A stretch of DNA of 64,000 nucleotides from contig JAAELW010000122.1 of NCBI GenBank assembly GCA_024226235.1, positions 7,953 to 71,952 of the forward strand, in the 5' to 3' direction. How positions within the stretch are numbered: the first letter of the stretch is position 1; each line of letters opens with the position of its first letter. The notes below the pieces were generated by a model that did not search any database, was not told where the DNA came from, and worked only from the letters and a program-made list of their open reading frames with translations. This DNA is from a bacterium (lineage in GTDB: Bacteria > Myxococcota_A > UBA9160 > UBA6930). Below are positions 1 to 7,212 of the stretch, piece by piece. A program made the translations under genes and the position numbers.

Positions 1-1
1 A

Positions 2-130
2 GCGATCGGCTCGCTGGGTATCGGGAAGCTGGGCGGCCGTCCGCGCTTGATCGTGCGGTCCATTCGACGGCTCGGACAAGACGTGTACGTTCACGGGGTC
101 TTGCCCCCCAACCCCGGAAGCCCGACATGA
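2..130 (+). CDS. 3' end of an unidentified CDS, truncated by the window edge
   Basis: Frame 2 is open from the window edge. Its TGA at 128-130 overlaps the ribH ATG at 127 (ATGA), which suggests translational coupling. The 42-aa tail (..GIGKLGGRPRLIVRSIRRLGQDVYVHGVLPPNPGSPT) matches no family I recognise. Confidence 0.3.
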   Translation, partial: AIGSLGIGKLGGRPRLIVRSIRRLGQDVYVHGVLPPNPGSPT

Positions 131-603
131 AGACCTACTCCGCGAGCCGGAATGCCAGCGGGCTACGGGTGGGCGTCGTGGTGTCGCGTTTCAACCCGTT
201 GATTTCGTCCAGGCTGCTCGATGGCTGCGTCGCTGAACTCGAGCGCCGTGGTTGCGCACCTGAGGACGTACACGTCGCCTGGGTGCCCGGCGCCTTCGAA
301 ATCCCTCTGGCGGCGCGACTGCTGGCGAGTAGTGGACGGTACGATGCCCTCGTCACTCTCGGATCTGTGATCCGCGGTGGTACGCCGCACTTCGAGTACG
401 TATGCCGCGGGGTGACGGATGGGGTTGCCGGTGTGATGCACGAGACTTGCGTACCCGTCGCTTTCGGTGTTCTCACCCTCGATGACATCGATCAAGCACT
501 CGAGCGAACCGGCGGCGCCCATGGCCACAAGGGCGCGGAGGCTGCTCTCGCGGCCATCGAGATGGCTTGTCTGGGGCGCGTTTTGCAGGGATCGCCGTCG
601 TGA
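127..603 (+). CDS. ribH: 6,7-dimethyl-8-ribityllumazine synthase
   Basis: 158 aa. Typical RibH motifs are present: GLRVGVVVSRFN, WVPGAFEIPLAA, LGSVIRGGTPHFEYV, FGVLT. It is followed by nusB, the conserved ribH-nusB pairing. Confidence 0.93.
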   Translation: MKTYSASRNASGLRVGVVVSRFNPLISSRLLDGCVAELERRGCAPEDVHVAWVPGAFEIPLAARLLASSGRYDALVTLGSVIRGGTPHFEYVCRGVTDGVAGVMHETCVPVAFGVLTLDDIDQALERTGGAHGHKGAEAALAAIEMACLGRVLQGSPS

Positions 604-1046
604 CCGCTGCCCTGGCCGGTCGCCGGCGCTCACGTCAGGTCGCACTCCAGGTGCTCTATGCCTTCGATCTCGGGGATCGGAAAGGCCAGGGCAGGCAGGC
701 AGATGTCGAAGCCGTCTTCGAGACCTTCGCCGACCACTTCGAGCTGCCCGAGGGTGCCCGGGCCTTTGCGAAGGAGTTGGTCGCTGGTGTCGTCGCCCAT
801 CGCGACGAGCTCGATCTGCGGATTGCCGCCTCGGCCCGCAACTGGCGCCTCGAGCGGATGGCTGCAGTCGACCGCAATGTGCTCCGTCTCGCCGCCTATG
901 AACTCGTCCACCTGGGTACGCCCGTCCAGGTGGCGATCGATGAGGCGGTCGAACTCGCGCGCCAATTCGGGGGTGACCCCTCGCCGGGCTTCGTCAACGG
1001 AGTGCTCGACGCCGTAGCTGCCAGCCTTGCCGAGGTGGCGTCGTGA
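600..1046 (+). CDS. nusB: transcription antitermination factor NusB
   Basis: Motifs RRSRQVALQVLYAFDL, DRNVLRLAAYEL, AIDEAVELAR, FVNGVLD. The ORF track starts at 567, but the GTG at 600 overlaps the ribH stop (GTGA) and gives a typical NusB N-terminus. The start is uncertain (567 or 600). Confidence 0.88.
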   Translation: MTAALAGRRRSRQVALQVLYAFDLGDRKGQGRQADVEAVFETFADHFELPEGARAFAKELVAGVVAHRDELDLRIAASARNWRLERMAAVDRNVLRLAAYELVHLGTPVQVAIDEAVELARQFGGDPSPGFVNGVLDAVAASLAEVAS

Positions 1047-1681
1047 CCGCCGTGCTCCTCGTCGAAGTCTGTGAAGGCCGGCTCGACCAGATGAGTGCCG
1101 ACGTGCTGGTGGCGCCGTTCTTTGAGAGCCACCGCCCTTTGCGAGGACCGGTTGCCCACGTCGATTGGCGCCTGTCGGGCCTGCTCTCGACCGAGCTCGC
1201 TTCTGGACGGATCAAAGGGGCTCGCGGTGAGGCGACCCTGTTGATCAGTGCCGGCCGGTTGCAGGTGCCGCGGATCATCGCTTTCGGTCTGGGCCCGAAG
1301 CCCGGTTTCTCGGAGCGCGACCTGAAGGATCTGGCTGCAGAGCTGGTACAGCGCGTGGTCGGGCTCCGTGCCGGGCGGGTCGCGATCGCGCTGCCGGACG
1401 AACTCGTGATGGGCTTCCCGATCGAGTTGAGCACTGAGGCGCTTGTGCGCGGAGCGGCCGAGGCGTTGCAGGAGCAGCCGGCCGCCCTGCACTTGAAGCT
1501 GTTGTGCAATGCTCGAGGGGGTGATGCGGAGCGCGGCGTACGAAGGGCCGCAGCCCAGGCGGCGGTCCCCGTCCGCATGGACGCCGGAGGCCCGGTTCCA
1601 GAGCCCGGCCCAACGGCCGGGAGCCCGGATCGGGTTCGCCAACCGGCAGATTCGATCTCTCGGCCCCTGCCGACCCGCTAG
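1043..1681 (+). CDS. hypothetical protein resembling a stand-alone leucyl-aminopeptidase (M17) N-terminal domain
   Basis: The GTG at 1043 overlaps the nusB stop (GTGA). Residues ~17-120 (ADVLVAPFFES..LRGP..VDWRLSG..GRIKGARGEATLL..RIIAFGLGPKP..ERDLKDLAAELV) parallel the non-catalytic N-domain of PepA-type aminopeptidases. No catalytic domain follows. The C-terminus is Pro/Arg-rich and low-complexity. Confidence 0.55.
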   Translation: MTAVLLVEVCEGRLDQMSADVLVAPFFESHRPLRGPVAHVDWRLSGLLSTELASGRIKGARGEATLLISAGRLQVPRIIAFGLGPKPGFSERDLKDLAAELVQRVVGLRAGRVAIALPDELVMGFPIELSTEALVRGAAEALQEQPAALHLKLLCNARGGDAERGVRRAAAQAAVPVRMDAGGPVPEPGPTAGSPDRVRQPADSISRPLPTR

Positions 1682-1932
1682 GCCAGCAGGGATTTCGCGG
1701 GGACGACCCTCGCCTTGCAGACGTCGTGGCAACGATGGGTGTGGGGATCTGGCCTCGCTCTACGCGGCAGCGGACTCCTGACCCCTGAGTGGCATTAATG
1801 GGAATCCCTGGTTCAAGTCCCGTTCGGGTCGGCCGATGGATTCTTTGAGATTATCGATGACTTCGGAGTCAGCGCTTCTCCCTGGGTGGGGGTTGTCGTG
1901 GCCTGCCGGAGCGCAAGCGAGGTGGGCAGCGC

Positions 1933-3558
1933 ATGAGCCTGGTCGGAAGTCTCGAGGACCTGGGCCTCGACGACATCCTGCAGATCATCAGTCTCTCCGG
2001 AAAATCCGGAGTGCTGGCTCTGCAGGCCGATGAAGGTGGCGGAAAGATCCTTTTCGAGGAGGGTCGGATCTGTTCTGCTCTGGTCGAAGGTGGACCGGTC
2101 AGCGTGGCCGAGCTGCTGGAGAGTCGGAGCCTGCCATCTGCTGATCAGATTGCAGCCGAAGAGCTCGAGGCTGCGATCTCAGATCATGTCGAGAGCTGTG
2201 TACTTCGCATGTTCACGTGGTCCGCGGGCGAGTTCAGCTTCGAGGTCGGGGCCCCCGCAACACAGGATCTTCGTGGGTTGACATTCGAACCCGGCTTCAA
2301 CCCCCAGTTCCTGGCACTCGAAGGAACACGCCGGGCCGATGAGCTCATGGCTGCTGGGCGGGGTCCAGCAGAAGAGCTGGCTGCCCCGGAGCCGGATGGC
2401 GATATCGGTTTCGAATCGGCGCCGGAGCCTGAAGAATCGCTGGCTGATCTGGTGTCGGCGCCGGAGCCTGAAGAATCGCTGGCTGATCTGGTGTCGGCGC
2501 CGGAGCCTGAAGAATTGCTGGCTGATTTGGTGCCGGCGCCGGAGCCTGGGGGAGTGCGGCCCGAACTGGATGCGGAGAACCTGGCGGTTCTCGCCGATTC
2601 TCCTGCTCTTCCGCCCCTCGTGTTCATCGATCCGGATCTCGCGATCGTGGAATGGGCGCGTTCGTCGCTCCCCGAGGAGCTGGCTGCGGCCCACCTCTTT
2701 CAGCTGACGGAGCACGGGATCAGCCGGATTCGTCAGTACCTTCGTCGAGCGGAGGTCCCTTTGGTAGTTCTCTCCGCATGTGCGTTGGCGGATCCGACAT
2801 CCGGAGCGCGGACGCCAGCCGAGGTCGTCGAGCGGCTCCTTCGGCAGGCACCGCAGATGCGCATCCTGATCCTCGAGGAGGCCGGTCGTCCGATCGCGCC
2901 CGGTCTCGAAGCCCAGACCCAAGGGCGGGTCGACAAGCCCTCAGCGATCCAGCTCACCGATCCATCGATGGCACCTGCTCGCGAGCGTCTCGGACACGAG
3001 CTCACTGGCGTGATTCGGCGGGTCTGTGAGATGGAGCCTTCTGCTCCGCCGCCGGTCGTCGAAGACCTGCGGCAGATGAGCATGCAGCTTCGGGAGTCGG
3101 CGGCCTCCGGGGAAGTCCTTCCGAGGGTGATCGAGTTCGCATCGCGAATCTTCTCGAGAGTTGCCCTCTTCATGGTTCGCGATGACGAGGCGGAAGGCAT
3201 TGCCCAACACGGGCTTCCGCTGGCAGGCGGCCCGGACGATGCCGGGATCCGATCCCAGAGCCTTCACGTTTCCGAGTGTGCCGATCTTCGCAAGGTGATC
3301 GAACACCGTGCACCCGTCTGGATGGCCGGGGAAGGCGGTGAAAGCCGGCTGATGGCCGGGCTGGCGACGGTTCCGCCGCAGGAGGCGTGGCTGGCTCCGA
3401 TCGAGATTGCCGACCGGGTGGTTGCCGTGGTCTATGGCGACATGCTTCCCGGTGAAGAGCCGATTCCGGATACAGCGGCGCTCGAGGTCGCGCTGCACCA
3501 CGCCGGTCTGGTCCTGGACCGTGCCGCGCTGGAGCGGGCTCTGGAAGAGCCCGGCTAG
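1933..3558 (+). CDS. PATAN (DUF4388) domain protein with acidic tandem repeats, a receiver-like middle region and a GAF-like C-terminus
   Basis: The N-terminus GSLEDLGLDDILQIISLSGKSGVLALQADEGGGKILFEEGRICSA matches the PATAN/DUF4388 signature. There are 3.5 copies of SAPEPEESLADLV. The C-terminal ~150 aa (RIFSRVALFMVRDDEAEGIA..VVAVVYGD) looks GAF-like. The gene sits directly upstream of cheY/cheA. Confidence 0.8.
   Translation: MSLVGSLEDLGLDDILQIISLSGKSGVLALQADEGGGKILFEEGRICSALVEGGPVSVAELLESRSLPSADQIAAEELEAAISDHVESCVLRMFTWSAGEFSFEVGAPATQDLRGLTFEPGFNPQFLALEGTRRADELMAAGRGPAEELAAPEPDGDIGFESAPEPEESLADLVSAPEPEESLADLVSAPEPEELLADLVPAPEPGGVRPELDAENLAVLADSPALPPLVFIDPDLAIVEWARSSLPEELAAAHLFQLTEHGISRIRQYLRRAEVPLVVLSACALADPTSGARTPAEVVERLLRQAPQMRILILEEAGRPIAPGLEAQTQGRVDKPSAIQLTDPSMAPARERLGHELTGVIRRVCEMEPSAPPPVVEDLRQMSMQLRESAASGEVLPRVIEFASRIFSRVALFMVRDDEAEGIAQHGLPLAGGPDDAGIRSQSLHVSECADLRKVIEHRAPVWMAGEGGESRLMAGLATVPPQEAWLAPIEIADRVVAVVYGDMLPGEEPIPDTAALEVALHHAGLVLDRAALERALEEPG
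2416..2550 (+). repeat. in-frame 39-bp tandem repeat (2 identical copies, 1 variant, 1 partial copy)
   Basis: tcggcgccggagcctgaagaatcgctggctgatctggtg occurs at 2416-2454 and 2455-2493. A variant lies at 2494-2532 and a partial copy follows to about 2550. The unit encodes SAPEPEESLADLV. Confidence 0.9.
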
Positions 3559-3729
3559 CCCGGGCTTCGAGCGCAAAGAGCCCGGTTGGCCCGGGGCTTT
3601 GAGGGCAGATTTCCACGCCCGCGGGGCAGCGCAGTGAACCGGGGAACCCTGTGTGCTCTCTCAAGAAATCCCCCTAGTCGGCCGATGCGCAGGCCTTACC
3701 AGAGGGCCCTTCGGGCCTGGGAGGGAAGG

Positions 3730-4113
3730 GTGGCGCGCATCCTCATTGTCGAGGACTCCGGCACGATGCGGAGCCTGCTGGTTCAGGCGCTCGAAGGCGT
3801 AGACCCGAACGTCAAGATCGATGAGGCCCAGAACGGCTTCGAGGCGCTGCGCATGCTGCCGCGAGAGCGCTACGACCTGATCCTGACCGACATCAACATG
3901 CCCGACATCAACGGACTCGAGCTTGTGTCGTTCGTCAAGGGCAACGAGACCTACGCGACGATTCCGCTCGTGATCGTGTCCACGGAAGGATCGGAACGCG
4001 ATCGCGCGAAGGGGCTCGATCTCGGGGCAGAGGGCTATCTGGTGAAACCCTTCGAGCCGAGGGAACTCCAGGAACTGGTCGCGGATCTCCTCGATTTGAG
4101 CCAGGGAGGCTGA
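3730..4113 (+). CDS. cheY: chemotaxis response regulator CheY
   Basis: Single receiver domain: ILIVEDSGTMR, DLILTDINMPDINGLELV, PLVIVSTEG, YLVKPF. The GTG at 3730 follows a GGAGGGAAGG Shine-Dalgarno-like run, so the 3586 ORF-track start is probably an upstream extension. Confidence 0.9.
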   Translation: MARILIVEDSGTMRSLLVQALEGVDPNVKIDEAQNGFEALRMLPRERYDLILTDINMPDINGLELVSFVKGNETYATIPLVIVSTEGSERDRAKGLDLGAEGYLVKPFEPRELQELVADLLDLSQGG

Positions 4114-4119
4114 GGGCCC

Positions 4120-6234
4120 GTGGCTGCTTCGGGAAAGGAAAGCGCCGGCTCAAAGGCCCAGCGTGAGTTCGTCTCGGAGGCCGAAGACATCCTCGAGCGG
4201 ATGCGCGACGATCTCTCGGAACTCGCCGAAGCCGCAGGGGGCGGTGCAGAGCCCGACCCGGATCTGATCAACAGTCTCTTTCGGTCGGCTCATTCGCTGA
4301 AGGGACTCTCGGGCATGTTTGGCCTCGAGAGCCTCGGTGAGCTGGCTCATCGCCTGGAAGACCTGCTCGACGGTCTGCGCATGGGCCGACTGGTGCTGGG
4401 CGCCGACGGCCTGGCATTGTTCGATGACGCGATCGAAACCTTGAGTACCGCATTGGTCGAGCTCCAGGCTTCGGAGATCGGCACTGCAACGCGCGAGACC
4501 ATTGCGGAGCTGTTGGGGAGGATCGAGGGGTTTGGCGGGAACGAATCTGCATCGGAAGATGCATTCGGCGATTTGGCGCTTCCGTCGTCGATCCTTCGCG
4601 CACTCACGGAGTACGAGGAGCACCGGCTACGCGACAATCTTCGACGTGGTCGGGGCATCTATGTCGTCGGGGTCGATTTCGAGATTGCCAACTTCGAGCA
4701 AGGTCTGGCGGAAGTGACGGCCATGATCAAGGAGGTCGGCGAGATCCTCTCGACGCTTCCGTCGCCAGGCGAGACGCCCGATTCCCAGATCCGCTTCTCG
4801 CTGTTGACCGGCACAGACCTTTCCGCAGCAGATCTCGCGACTCGGCTGGAACTGCATCCGGATTCCGTCGAGACGGCAATGGCTCCGTGCCCGTCGTCGA
4901 ACACCGCGCCCACACCGGAGTCGTCTCCGGCCCTGACGAAACCCGAAGACGAGGATCAGCCGTCGGAGCCTCAGCGGGAGGCCGTGCAGGAGTCAGGCTC
5001 GCTCAAGTCGATCAGCGGAACCGTTCGGGTCGATATCCGAAAGCTCGACGAGCTGATGAACCTGGTGGGCGAACTCGCGCTGCAAAAGGGAGCGCTCAAG
5101 CATCTCACCGATCGCCTGACTTCCGAAACCAGCACCCTGGGAGCGGGTACCGAACTCGGGAAGATCTACCGCGGACTGGAGCGCAAGCTGTCGGAACTGC
5201 AGGCCGGGGTTCTCGAGGTGAGAATGGTCCCGCTGCGCCAGGTGTTCGACAAGCTGGTCCGCGTGGTGCGCCGTCTGCGTCTGGATCAACGCAAGGAGGT
5301 GCGACTCGAGGTTCACGGTGTGGACACGGAACTCGACAAGCTGATCGTAGAGGAGCTGGTCGACCCGCTGATGCATCTGGTTCGCAATGCCTTCGATCAC
5401 GCAATCGAGCCGCCGGCTGAGCGTATTCGTGCAGGAAAGGAAGCTGAGGGCACGATCCGTCTCGAAGCGACCCAGCGCGGCAACGACGTCGTGATCACGC
5501 TTTCCGACGACGGCCGTGGAATCGATACCGAGCGGGTTCTGGAACGCGCCCGAACACAGGGGCTGGTGGATGCTGAAGAGGAGTTCTCGGAACGGGAGAT
5601 CCTCGATCTGGTCTTCCACCCGGGTCTGTCGACCCGTGAGGCGGTGACGGAAACCAGTGGGCGCGGCGTCGGAATGGACGTGGTGCGATCGAATATCGCT
5701 TCTCTCGGCGGGATCGTGGATATCGAGTCGACGGCCGGTCGAGGGACGACAATCACCCTCACATTGCCGATCACCCTGGCGATCATCCAGGCGTTGATCA
5801 TTGGTGTCGGTGAACACCACTTCGCCGTGCCACTGAACTCAGTACGTGAAACCCTGCTTCTGGATCGCTCGGAAATTCAGAGCAGCGAGGGAAGGGAGAT
5901 CCTGAACCTGCGGAGTGAGCCCCTGGTCGTCAAGCGGCTGGCTCGGGAATTCGGGATCGAAGAGGAGGCCCGCGGAGCAAAGATCTACGTCGTCGTTCTC
6001 GGGATGGGCGACGCGCGGATGGGGTTGATCGTCGATCGACTGGAGGGGCAACAGGATGTGGTGATCAAGCCGATCCAGGGGCCCGTCAGCAATGTGCGGG
6101 GCATTGCGGGTGCCACCGAACTCGGAGAACAGGGTGCCGTGCTGGTGCTCGATGTGTCGGCTTTCATCGAAGACCTGGGTCGTCGCACGGTTCCGATCTT
6201 CGACCGGAGTCGAGTCCGCCGGAGTGACGCATGA
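4120..6234 (+). CDS. cheA: chemotaxis histidine kinase CheA
   Basis: HPt motif FRSAHSLKGLSGMFG. Dimerisation and HATPase regions are present (HLVRNAFDHAIE, DDGRGID, GRGVGMDVV). A C-terminal CheW-like domain is present. The stop overlaps the cheW start (ATGA at 6231). Confidence 0.95.
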   Translation: MAASGKESAGSKAQREFVSEAEDILERMRDDLSELAEAAGGGAEPDPDLINSLFRSAHSLKGLSGMFGLESLGELAHRLEDLLDGLRMGRLVLGADGLALFDDAIETLSTALVELQASEIGTATRETIAELLGRIEGFGGNESASEDAFGDLALPSSILRALTEYEEHRLRDNLRRGRGIYVVGVDFEIANFEQGLAEVTAMIKEVGEILSTLPSPGETPDSQIRFSLLTGTDLSAADLATRLELHPDSVETAMAPCPSSNTAPTPESSPALTKPEDEDQPSEPQREAVQESGSLKSISGTVRVDIRKLDELMNLVGELALQKGALKHLTDRLTSETSTLGAGTELGKIYRGLERKLSELQAGVLEVRMVPLRQVFDKLVRVVRRLRLDQRKEVRLEVHGVDTELDKLIVEELVDPLMHLVRNAFDHAIEPPAERIRAGKEAEGTIRLEATQRGNDVVITLSDDGRGIDTERVLERARTQGLVDAEEEFSEREILDLVFHPGLSTREAVTETSGRGVGMDVVRSNIASLGGIVDIESTAGRGTTITLTLPITLAIIQALIIGVGEHHFAVPLNSVRETLLLDRSEIQSSEGREILNLRSEPLVVKRLAREFGIEEEARGAKIYVVVLGMGDARMGLIVDRLEGQQDVVIKPIQGPVSNVRGIAGATELGEQGAVLVLDVSAFIEDLGRRTVPIFDRSRVRRSDA

Positions 6235-6731
6235 GCAGTGTGGCCACGCCGGATTTCGCCTGGGATGAGCTTGCACGGGCTGCCACCCGCCTCGGAGACG
6301 AGGCCGAGGCGGAGGTCTTTCACGAATTCCTGGCCTTTCCGCTCGGTGCCGATCGCTATGCACTGCCGGTCGATCGGGTCAGGGAGGTGGTGCGATTGCG
6401 CCAGATCACCCCCGTGCCTCGGGTCCCTGCGGATATCCTCGGAGTCATCTCCTTGCGCGGTGAGATCGTGCAGGTTCTGGATCTCTCCCAGCGGCTGGGA
6501 GGTTCGATTGGCCTGCGGACGCCCACCTCCCGGATCGTGGTCCTGCATGGCAGGGAAGGCGACGCGGCGGGCCTGCTGGTGGAAACGATCGCTTCGGTTC
6601 TGCGAGTGCCCGAACATGCATTCCGGGACGCTCCGGACAGCGATACCGATTTCGTTTCGAGGCTCTGTGAGGACGAAGGTGATTTCGTCTCCATTCTGAA
6701 CCTCGAGAAGGTGTTGGACCTTGGCGAGTAG
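6231..6731 (+). CDS. cheW: chemotaxis coupling protein CheW
   Basis: 166 aa CheW fold: FLAFPLGADRYALPVDRVREVV, VPADILGVISLRGEIVQVLDL. Confidence 0.9.
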   Translation: MSSVATPDFAWDELARAATRLGDEAEAEVFHEFLAFPLGADRYALPVDRVREVVRLRQITPVPRVPADILGVISLRGEIVQVLDLSQRLGGSIGLRTPTSRIVVLHGREGDAAGLLVETIASVLRVPEHAFRDAPDSDTDFVSRLCEDEGDFVSILNLEKVLDLGE

Positions 6732-7212
6732 CGTACTCACGGCCAATGAAGGGCAGATCGAACTGGCCTGCTTCGAGATCGAAGGCCAGGTCGTCGGCAT
6801 CGATGTCTTCCAGATCCGGGAGATCATCCGGAACCAGGAAACGACGCCCCTTCCGAATGCGCCTGCACTGATCGAAGGTGTCATCGATCTGCGAGGCCAG
6901 GTGATCCCCGTCATCGATCTGGGGCGCGCGTTGGCTCAAGGCTGCTCCAAGGGCGGCACTTCTGCACGGATTGCAATCGTCGAGATCGAAGAACTGATAT
7001 TTGGGCTGCGGGTGGATGCAGCCGTGGATGTGCTCTCGGTGGCATCCGGGACCATCGAGGGGCCGCCCGCGCTGGCCACGCATTCCGGATATGCCGCAAT
7101 TCGTGCGGTCGTACGTTGCAAGGACGCACCTCCGGTGATGGTGCTTTCCCTGGACCAGATCCTGGAGAGCGTCTACCGCTCGAACTCGCGAGCAGGGGAG
7201 GAACCGCGATGA
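6721..7212 (+). CDS. cheW: second CheW-like coupling protein
   Basis: 163 aa: LACFEIEGQVVGIDVFQIREII, APALIEGVIDLRGQVIPVIDL. The TTG start at 6721 overlaps the upstream cheW by 11 nt. Confidence 0.85.
   Translation: MASSVLTANEGQIELACFEIEGQVVGIDVFQIREIIRNQETTPLPNAPALIEGVIDLRGQVIPVIDLGRALAQGCSKGGTSARIAIVEIEELIFGLRVDAAVDVLSVASGTIEGPPALATHSGYAAIRAVVRCKDAPPVMVLSLDQILESVYRSNSRAGEEPR

Noticed and set aside
1790-1806. TGGCAT..., a possible sigma-54 -24 element upstream of the che-linked PATAN gene.
   Set aside because: There is no GC dinucleotide at the required -12 spacing (the sequence continues TAATGGGAATC). The other TGGCAC occurrences lie inside coding regions.
1780-1830. tRNA-like signature: GGTTCAAGTCC T-loop-like motif within a GACCC...GGGTC closing stem, in the intergenic region before the PATAN gene.
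   Set aside because: The segment is only ~51 nt. The putative T-stem pairs at 3 of 5 positions. There is no D-arm or anticodon arm and no CCA-compatible end. I cannot build a cloverleaf, so it is not called as a tRNA or pseudogene. It might be a small hairpin in the 5' region.
2416-2550. Tandem direct repeats at 2416-2550 and 9931-10110, considered as possible CRISPR or other non-coding arrays.
   Set aside because: The units are contiguous with no spacers, their lengths are multiples of 3, and they are in frame within CDSs. They encode peptide repeats and are not CRISPR.
3586-3729. N-terminal extensions suggested by longest-ORF starts. Examples: 3586 for cheY, 19906 for the PATAN gene, 25331 for lysS, 45521 for GT2, 46090 for the SDR, 47709 for the heptose kinase, 22310 for ybeY, 41424 for the transposase.
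   Set aside because: The extensions overlap the preceding gene in another frame and add Arg/Pro-rich sequence absent from the families. Internal starts with 4-nt stop/start overlaps or SD-like purine runs give family-typical N-termini.
3559-3729. GC-rich hairpins (ccgggct..agcccgg; aaagagcccggttggcccggggcttt) in the 170-nt gap between the PATAN gene and cheY, considered as a terminator or attenuator.
   Set aside because: The stems have bulges, and the T-run is part of the stem rather than trailing it. Function cannot be established by eye. The gap is mentioned only as context for operon structure.
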